DNA of 64,000 bases, taken from the human T2T-CHM13v2.0 reference genome, Homo sapiens. The stretch lies in assembly GCF_009914755.1 (NCBI RefSeq), contig NC_060937.1; one strand, 5' to 3'. Shown here piece by piece: positions 56,101-64,000 of the stretch. A model generated the notes under the pieces. The model saw only the letters and a list, made by a program, of their open reading frames with translations, made no database searches and was not told where the DNA came from. The translations under genes were made by a program, and so were the position numbers. Positions within the stretch are counted from its first letter, which is position 1. The number at the start of each line of letters is the position of its first letter.

Positions 56101-57379
56101 GGGACCACTCAGAAGCCAATAATCAGAGAGAATCATCCTGGAAAAAATATATTACAGAATGTAATCAAGAAATATACAAAAATGTAAAATAAAATAGCAT
56201 GAATATAAACATGGAGATATAAATGTAAACATGGAAAGAAAAGTAATAGATGAGACAGCTTGGTGAAAAGAGCTCAAACGCAACAAAACACGTTAGGCAT
56301 AGAGATAGGAAATTTTAAGAAGTCAGTTGGGGCACTTGACAAATAAAAACCCTGTGAGTGATTAAAGATAGATAGATAGATACAGATGGATATTTAGACG
56401 TGTATTCTAAAAGACCACATATGTGTGTGTATAACTATGTTTTAAAATATTTTAAAAAATAAATAAAATAATAAATTTTCCATTTCTCAATTATTTGCTT
56501 CTAGAATGAGATATATATATATATATTCAATTCTAGAATATTCTTCAAAACTATATATGTGTGTATATATATACACACACATATTCACATATATATACAC
56601 ACGTGTGTGTGTATATATACATAGTGCTGAAGAATATTCTAGGATTGAAAAGACATTCAGATTGAAAAGAGTAAGCAAACAAGACCAAAAAATACAAAAA
56701 TGCAGAATATTACAAAGAAAAAAGTATCCACAGAATAGAATTACAAAGCATATATTTTTAATGGAATAATAGAAAATAGACCTACAAAAGGCTAATCAGT
56801 AGCAATAGAGGGAAATGCCCAAGAACTAAGAGTGAAATATTGTTTAGAATACTTTACCTAGCTGTTCTTACTAAAGACCTTATTATATAACTATTTTAAT
56901 AGGAAATTCAGGAAAGAAAAATGTTAAATTCAGAAGGAAAAAAACTGAACACAAGACTCAAAGATGGACGTAGTAACTGACAACACTTTGTAGGCAAAGA
57001 AAATTGGAATTAGTATTAAAATTGAATGGGTAGAAAATAAGATATAGCTAAAACCTGAGATTTCAAGTATGTGAACAAGAAGAAAGGAGACACCAGAGGA
57101 AAGTTAAAGTGTTCTAAATTTCTAGTTAGATTGGGGAAGTAACAGTCAGATTCAGAATTTCATAAGATAACATTGAGTTAAATACATAGCAAGAAATATA
57201 TGAAGTCCAGGAAAATTACTAAGATTCAAAGAAATAAGGAGGCCAAAGTAAATGAATGGAAGTCCTAACTTAGAAATTAGTGGAATTATCATTTTATTTC
57301 CTGATGGAATCATTGCTCCCTTTGAAACTAAGCAGGGCATAAGATCCTGGAGAAAGGAAGCAACATTTTTCAATAATCA

Positions 57380-57723
57380 CCAATGGTAATGGTGTTTAAT
57401 CTCCACATGTTAATTTTTATGCCTATGAATCTGGGCTTTAGGAGTAACAGCACCATGTATGGGAAGTTGATTTATAGCATATAAAGGTTCCTGGAGGACA
57501 TTATTACAGCACTATACAGTATTACCACCTAAATGGCAACTGGTGAGTCTTCCAAAGAATATTCTATCATTCTCTCAAGCCAGCTGTTTCAGTATGTTGG
57601 GTAACAAAATGAGATCAATAAATACCAGGATCCTAGGCCTATTGCCACACTTTGCTGTGAATTGATATCCTTGGTCAGAAGCAATGTTTTCTCAAACATG
57701 ATGCATGCTAAAGAATTATGTAA
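57380..57723 (-). mobile_element. Old ERVL internal fragment (integrase core); downstream half of the element at 63351-63813
   Basis: Reverse complement reads CATTGCTTCTGACCAAGG..CACAGCAAAGTGTGGCAA..ACAGCTGGCTTGAGAGAA..TAGGTGGTAATAC..ATGGTGCTGTTACTCC, collinear with 61830-62160. Confidence 0.8.
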
Positions 57724-57875
57724 TTGGGGAAAATCAGACACAAGCTCTTATCATGTGAGTGGCTGGCCTGCAATGAAAGATGCATGCTCACTCTCCTCAG
57801 GTGTCTACTGTTAAAGTGAGGGCATTAATTGGAAAAGAATGGAACCCTAAAACTTGGAATGGGGACATGTGGGAG
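57722..57875 (+). mobile_element. HERV-L gag fragment
   Basis: GAAAATCAGACACAAGCTCTTATCATG..CAGGTGTCTACTGTTAAAGTGAGGGCATTAATTGGAAAAGAATGG (QVSTVKVRALIGKEW..TWNGDMWE) matches recalled HERV-L gag. Confidence 0.85.
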
Positions 57876-58667
57876 TGAGAGACAGCTGGATTTCCTAGGC
57901 CGACTAAGAATCCCTAAGCCTAGCTGGGAAGGTGACCGCATCCACCTTTAAACACAGGGCTTGCAACTTAGCTCACACCCAACCAATCAGAGAGCTCACT
58001 AAAATGCTAATTAGGCAAAAACAGGAGGTAAAGAAATAGCAAGTCATCTATTGCCTGAGAGCACAGTGGGAGGGACAAGGACCAGGATATAAACCCAGGC
58101 ATTTGAGCCAGCAACGGCAACCTCCTTTGAGTCCCCTCCCTTTGTATAGGAGCTCTGTTTTCACTGTGTTTCACTCTATTAAATCTTGCAACTGCACTCT
58201 TCTGGTCCATATTTGTCACGGCTTGAGCTGAGCTTTCACTTGCCGTCCACCACTACTGTTTGCTGCTGTCACAGACCCGCCGCTGACTCCCATCCCGCTG
58301 CTGACTCCCATCCCTCCGGATCCGGCAGGGTGTCCGCTGTGCTCCTGATCCAGCAAGACTCCCATTGCCACTCCCGATAGTGCTAAAGGCTTGCCATTGT
58401 TCCTGCATGGCTAAGTGCCTGGGTTCGTCCTAATCCAGCTGAACACTAGTCACTGGGTTCCACGGTTCTCTTCCATGACCCGCGGCTTCTAATAGAGCTA
58501 TAACACTCACCACATGGCCCAATATTCCATTCCTTGGAATCCGTGAGGCCAAGAACCCCAGGTCAGAGAACACGAGGCTTGCCACCATCTTGGAAGCAGC
58601 CTGCCACCATCTTGGAAGTGGCTCACCACCGTCTTGGGAGTTCTGTGAACAAGGACCCCTGGTAACA
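57876..58667 (+). mobile_element. HERV-W 5' LTR (LTR17), complete U3-R-U5
   Basis: TGAGAGACAG..CTGGATTTCCTAGGCCGACTAAGAATCCCTAAGCCTAGCTGGGAAGG ... GGTAACA; CCAAT 57983-57987, TATAAA 58088-58093, ATTAAA 58178-58183. Confidence 0.96.
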
Positions 58668-61580
58668 TTTTGGCGACCACGAAGGGACATCCAAAGCTGT
58701 GAGTAATATTGGACCACTTTCGCTTGCTATTCTGTTCTATCCTTAGAACTGGAGGAAAATACTGGGCACCTGTCGCCAGTTAAAAATGATTAGCATGGCC
58801 GCCGGACTTAAGACTCAGGTGTGAGGCTATCTGGGAAAGGGCTTTCTAACAACCCCCAAGCCTTCTGGTGGGAACTTTGGTCTGCCTGGAGCCAGCTTCC
58901 ACTTTCAATTTTCTTGGGGAAGCCAAGGGCTGACTGGAGGCAGAAAGCTGTTGTCCCGAACTCCCGGCAGTAGCCGGTTGAGATCATGGCGCAGCCAGAA
59001 GTCTCTACTCGGCAGTCGCCCATGCGTGCGCCCTTACCTTTCCTTCTGAATTATACCTCCGGGGTCCCGACTCCGACTTTCTTGAGAGTTTAGCCCCAAA
59101 ATTCTCCTTACCTCTGAATCTACTTCCTTTGATCCCTGCCTCCTGCCTCCTAGGTACTAATAGTTCAGACTTTCATTTCCTCTAGCAAGTTGTGTCTCCA
59201 AAGGGATCTAAGGAGGCTCTATGCTGTGTCCTTAGGCACCTAGGCTATAACCCAGGGAGTCTTATCCCTGGTATCCCTCCCGATTTAGGTATACAGCTCT
59301 TGACATGGGCAGTTATGTGGGACCTGTTCCCCACCACCCTTGTGAGGGCCCCAAGTTTGTAATGGCTAAGAAAGAGAGACGGAGAGAGAGAGAGACGGAG
59401 AAAGAGACAAAGAGGGAGTCAAAGAGAAAAAGAAAGAAAAAGATAGAAATAGTTAAAAAAAAAAAAAGTGTGCCCTATTCCTTTAAAAGCCAGGGTAAAT
59501 TTAAAACCCGTAATTGATAATTGCCACTTTGTTGTCAGTGTAAATAAGGGCGTAGCAAATCCTTAACCCAGTAACCCGCGGATAGGCCAAATGCATTCAG
59601 TCGGTAGCGGCAACAGCTTTGCTAAAAGTAGAAAAGTAACTTTTAGAGGAAACCTCATTGTGAGCACACCTCACCAGTTCAGAGTTATTCTAAGTAAAAA
59701 AAAAAAAAAAAAAAGCAAAAAGGTAGCTTACTAACTCAATAATCTTAAAGTATGGGGCTACTATGCTAGAAAAGGGTAATGTAACTCCAACCACTGATAA
59801 CTCCCTTAACCCAGCAGATTTCCTAACAGGGGATTTAAATCTTAATTACCACACAAAGGTCCGACCAGACCTAGGAGGAACTCCCTTCAGCACAGGACGA
59901 TAGATGGTTCCTCCCAGGTGACTGAGGAAAAAACTACAATGGGTATTCAGTAATTGGTATGGAGACTCTTGTGGAAGCAGAGTTAAAAATTTGCCTAATA
60001 ATTGGTCTCCTCAAATGTGCGAGCTGTTTGCACTCAGCCAAGCCTTAAAGTACTTACAGAATCAAAAGACTATCTCAATCCTGACTCAAAAGGTTAGCTA
60101 CACAGTCTCTGAAATGAATTTGCAGAAGAACTGTTGTTTATGGGAATGCATCTTGATGGGGCAGCTGGGTTGTTATGAAATACTCAGGAACCCAGCCCAG
60201 CTCTAGGACTCACCGCTGAGCGCAAAGGCAATGTTGGGCACGCTGGTAAAGGACCACTAGAATCCAGCAGCCCAGGCCCCTTTCTTTGTGGTCAAGAAAG
60301 GCAGGAAAAGGAGTGCAGAACTGCTACATTGGTGAGCGTAACTAATCCAATAAGCAGAGGTCCATGAGTGGTTATACACGCTGGAAAAGAATAAGCATTA
60401 GGCCCTTAGAGGACGCTCTAGGACTAATGCTCATCGGAAAATGACTAGGGGTGCTGGCATCCTTATGTTCTTTCTTCAGATGGGAAACGTTCCCCCCAAG
60501 GCAAAAGCGCCCCTAAGATGTATTCTGGAGAATTAGAACCAATTTGACCCTCAGATGTCAAGAAAGAAACGACTTATATTCTTCTGCAGTACTGCCTGGC
60601 CACGATATCCTCTTCAAGGGGGAGAAACCTGGCCTCCTGAGGGAAGTACAAATTATAACACCATCTTACAGCTAGACCTCTTTTGTAGAAAAGAAGGCAA
60701 ATGGAGTGAAGTGCCATATGTGCAAACTTTCTTTTCATTAAGAGACAACTCACAATTATGTAAAAAGTGTGGTTTATGTCTTACAGGAAGCCCTCAGAGT
60801 CTACCTCCCTATCCCAGCATTCCCCCGACTCCTTCCCCAACTAATAAGCACCACCCTTGAACCCAAACAGTCCAAAAGGAGATAGACAAACAGGTAAACA
60901 ATGAACCAAAGAGTGCCAGTATTCCCCGATTATGCCCCTTCCAAGCAGTGGGAGGAGGAGAATTCGGCCCAGCCAGAGTGCATGTACCTTTTTCTCTCTC
61001 AGACTTAAAGCAAATTAAAATAGACTTAGGTAAATTCTCAGATAACCCTGATGGCTACATTGATGTTTTACAAGGGTTAGGGCAATCCTTTGATCTGACA
61101 TGGAGAGATATAATGTTACTGCTAAATCAGACACTAACCCCAAATGAGAGAAGTGCCGCCGTAACTGCAGCCCGAGAGTTTGGTGATCTCTGGTATCTCA
61201 GTCAGGTCAATGATAGGATGACAACAGAGAAAAGAGAACGATTCCCCACAGGCCAGCAGGCAGTTTCCAGTGTAGACCCTCATTAGGACACAGAATCAGA
61301 ACATGGAGATTGGTGCCACAGATATTTGCTAACTTGAGTGCTAGAAGGACTAAGGAAAACTAGGAAGAAGCCTATGAATTATTCAGTGATGTCCACTATA
61401 ACACAAGGAAAGGAAGAAAATCCTACTGCCTTTCTGGAGAGAGTAAGGGAGGCATTAAGGAAGCATACCTCCCTGTCACCTGACTCTATTGAAGGCCAAC
61501 TAATCTTAAAGGATAAGTTTGTCACTCAGTTAGCTGCAGACATTAGAAAAAAACTTCAAAAGTCCGACTTAGGCCTGGAG
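58668..61580 (+). mobile_element. HERV-W (HERV17) internal region: ~1.8-kb pre-gag leader with AG-rich tract, plus partial gag; 3' part deleted
   Basis: Follows LTR17/PBS; GTGAGT donor 58699-58704; AG-rich tract 59368-59450; gag homology downstream. Confidence 0.94.
58671..58688 (+). promoter_or_regulatory. Primer-binding site, tRNA-Arg type
   Basis: TGGCGACCACGAAGGGAC, 3 nt after the LTR end; complement of GTCCCTTCGTGGTCG-CCA (recalled 3' end of tRNA-Arg-TCG). Confidence 0.85.
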
Positions 61581-61589
61581 TACGGCTGA
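60480..61589 (+). pseudogene. gag: HERV-W gag (matrix + capsid), one frame with 4 premature stops, truncated before nucleocapsid
   Basis: ATG GGA AAC GTT CCC (MGNVP); ORFs 60555, 60948 and 61338 are all in the same frame; motifs [22 protein letters not shown]-like SLPPYP, VPFSLSDLKQIK.DLGKFSDNP, QGKEENPTAFLER (MHR); stops at 60534, 60858, 61284, 61335. Confidence 0.93.
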
Positions 61590-63003
61590 GTGCCCAATTT
61601 GGCAGCAGGCAAGACCAACACTGAGCCCTTCATATGGCACCATGCTTTGTGGTGATCAGCCAACTACTTGATGGCAGGTTGATTATATTGGACATCTTTC
61701 ATCAGAGAAATGGCAGTGGTTTGTCCTTCCTGGAATAGACACTTATTCTCGATATGGGTTTGTCTATCCTGCAGGCAATGCTTCTGCCAGGAGTACCATC
61801 TGTGGACTCATGGAAAGCCTTATCCACCATCATGGCATTCCACACAGCATTGCCTCTAAACAAGGCACTTATTTTATAGCTAAGGAAGTGTGGCAGTGGG
61901 CTCATGCTCATGGAATTCACTGATTGTATCTTGTTGCCCATTATCTTAAAGCAGCTGGATTGATAGAACAGTGGAAAGGCCATTTGAAATCACAATTACA
62001 CCACCAACTAGGTGGCAATACTTTGCAGGGCTCGGCAAAGTTCTCTTGAAGGCTGTGTATGTCCTGAATCAGCATCCAATATATGGTACTGTTTCCCTCA
62101 TAGCCAGCATTCACAGGCCTAAGAATCAAGGGGTAGAAGTAGAAGTGGCACCACTCACCATCACTCCTAGTGACCCACTAGCAAAAATTTTACTTCCAGT
62201 TCCCCCAACATTATGTTCTGCTGGCCTTAGTTCCAGAGGGAAGAATTCTGCCACCAGTCGACACAAGAATGATACCATTAAACTGAAAGTTAAAATTGCC
62301 ACCTGGCCACTTTGGGCTCCTCCCAACTCTAAGTCAACAGGCCAAGAAAGGAGTTACAGTGTTGGCTTGGGTGATTGACCTGGACTATCAAGATGAAATC
62401 AGGTTACTACTCCACAGTGGAGGTAAGGAAGAATATGTGTGGAATACAGGAGATCCCTTAGGCCGTCTTTTATTACTACCATGCCCTGTGATTAAGGTCA
62501 ATGGAAAACTACAACAATCCAATCTAGGCAGGACTACAAATGGCCCAGACTCTTCAGGAATGAAGGGTTGGGTGACTTCACCAGGTAAAAAAATAACAGC
62601 CTGCTGAGGTGCTAGCTGAAGGCAAAGGGAATACAGAATGGTTAGTAGAAAAAGGTAGTCATCAATACCAGCTATGACCACAAGACCAGTTGCAGAAATG
62701 AGACCTGTAATTGTCATGTGGATTTCCTCCTTACATGTTTGTGCATGTATACACTTCTACTAAGAAAATACCTTTATTTATTTCCTTTGCTTTTCCCTTA
62801 TCAAGTGACATTATTAACTTCATATCAGCAGTTAAGTGTTATTAACTTTATGTAACAGCATTTCGGTTAATAATTCACTTCTGGTTGTATGAAGGATAGC
62901 CGTATTAAGTTAGGTGTAATTATGACATCATTATTGTCTTTATTTGAAGATTATGTGTAATTTCAGGAGATGTGTATGGGTTCAAGTTGACAAGGGATGG
63001 ACT
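61581..63003 (+). mobile_element. HERV-L internal 3' part (integrase, dUTPase, 3'UTR, PPT)
   Basis: GCTGAGTGCCCAATTTG.CAGCAG, WQVDYIG, GIDTYS.YGF, HGIPHSIAS, VYVLNQHPIYGTVS, NQGVEVEVAPLTITPSDPLAK. Confidence 0.92.
62220..62607 (+). pseudogene. HERV-L dUTPase remnant (frameshifted)
   Basis: PPGHFGLL..SQQAKKGVTVLAWVIDLDYQDEIRLLLH..GDPLGRLLLLP are degenerate dUTPase motifs located after integrase, as typical for ERV-L. Confidence 0.85.
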
Positions 63004-63341
63004 TGTGATGGCTAATGTTGAGTGTCAACTTCACTGAGGATGCAAAGTATTGTTCCTGGGTGTGTCTGTGAGGGTGTTGCCAAAGGAGATTAACATTTGT
63101 GTCAGTGAACTGGGAGATGCAGGCCCACCCGCAATCTGGGTGAGCACCATGTAATCAGCTGCCAGAGCAGCTAGAATAAAGCAAGCAGAAGAAGGTGGAA
63201 GGAGCTGACTTGCTGAGTCTTCTAGTATTCTTCGTTCTTCTATGCTGGTTGCTTCCTGCCCCCAAACATCAGTCTGCAAGTTCTTCTGCTTTTGGACTCT
63301 TGGACTTACACCAGTGGTTTGCCAGGGACTCTCGGGCCTTC
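63004..63341 (+). mobile_element. MLT2A (HERV-L 3' LTR), 3'-truncated
   Basis: TGTGATGGCTAATGTTGAGTGTCAACT..GGGTGTGTCTGTGAGGGTGTTGCCAAAGGAGATTAACATTTG..CTCTCGGGCCTTC, then stops without the R/U5 end. Confidence 0.92.
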
Positions 63342-63350
63342 TTTTCTAGC

Positions 63351-63813
63351 TGTAAATCAACAGACAGTAGATTTGACAGAAGCATTCCATGAAAGGAAAG
63401 CAAATCTATATTCAGGTGAATATCTAGTTCAGTAAAAACAAAGCACTGCCCTTTCATGATGGAAGTCATGCAGTGCAATAGACCTGCTACCAAGTAGCTG
63501 GCTGATTGCACCAGGGAATACTCTCATATCAGGGAATCAGCGGTGGTCTCTGATTCTTGTAGAATGAACACTTAGCAATGGCTATAGTCAGGTCAGCCGT
63601 GATGAGTGGAACTCTATTTTGCTGAGCCCATTCATAACCTCCATTTTTACTAACATGGCCACTTTGTTCATGAGTCCTCTTGGTAATGATAGGAGTTGCT
63701 GGGGAAAGAGGCTGACTTGTACACAAAGTATGGGTCTTTCTGTCCACTTGGTTATTAAAGTCCCTCTCTGCTGAGATCACTGTTTGGTGGACATTCACAT
63801 GGCACAAAAACAT
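63351..63813 (-). mobile_element. Old ERVL internal fragment (RNase H end to integrase N-terminus)
   Basis: Minus ORF 63529-63813 HVNVHQ..DFNNQVDR..SQPLSPATP..HEQSGH..GGYEWAQQ..ADL.IAIAKC resembles ERVL pol. Confidence 0.88.
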
Positions 63814-63821
63814 TTACATCA

Positions 63822-64000
63822 TACCATTTTGGAAGTAGGATCTTTTCAGATGTAATCAAGTTAAGATGAGCCTGCACTAGATTAAGGTCAACCCTAGTCT
63901 AATCACTGGAGTCTCAATAAGAAAAAAAAAAAGAGACACAGAGGCAAACAGAGGGAAGAAAAACACGCGACAATGGAAACAAAGACTGGAGTTATGCAGC
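63822..64000 (+). mobile_element. MLT1B/C-like MaLR LTR, cut by window end
   Basis: TTTGGAAGTAGGATCTTTTCAGATGTAATCAAGTTAAGATGAG..GACTGGAGTTATGCAGC. Confidence 0.75.

Noticed and set aside
58578-58640. Triple CCACC(A/G)TCTTGG repeat in LTR17 U5, and short direct repeats elsewhere, as CRISPR-like or novel arrays
   Set aside because: Normal LTR17 feature or ordinary slippage duplications; eukaryotic context with no spacer structure.
57872-61580. GGAG on both sides of the HERV-W segment as a target-site duplication
   Set aside because: The right GGAG is native HERV-W gag sequence, and what follows is HERV-L integrase rather than the continuation of gag, so it is not a TSD.
57876-61580. HERV-W as an L1-made processed pseudogene or a syncytin-like env locus
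   Set aside because: Full U3 is present in the 5' LTR (proviral structure) and no env sequence remains.
57380-63813. Simple inversion within one HERV-L
   Set aside because: The plus and minus parts both contain the same integrase segment and differ in divergence, so they are two elements.

Overview
AT-rich primate (almost certainly human) genomic DNA with no recognisable host protein-coding exon or RNA gene. The ORF track is explained by retroelement remnants (Alu, L1, HERV-W gag, HERV-L integrase/dUTPase), microsatellites or chance. The window is an archive of mobile elements: Tigger, MER1 and MADE1 DNA transposons; Alus; L1 fragments including a near full-length old L1PA on the minus strand; MaLR, MER50 and MER61 LTRs; and two convergent HERV-H LTR7s. 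The most unusual structure is at 57.4-63.8 kb. An old minus-strand ERVL integrase is split by a 5.6-kb plus-strand HERV-L fragment that lacks normal proviral ends but is flanked by a 5-bp TGTAA duplication. That fragment hosts a HERV-W provirus (full LTR17, tRNA-Arg PBS, stop-riddled gag) fused by deletion to HERV-L integrase/dUTPase and a truncated MLT2A LTR. Also notable are an LTR7up-like solo LTR facing a deleted LTR7, several fold-back/template-switch scars (one carrying a perfect MORE POU-dimer site), and a few non-repeat islands that look like enhancers. Family names come from recalled consensus sequences, not a database search. Boundaries of old repeats are approximate. I found no convincing evidence of a new gene system.
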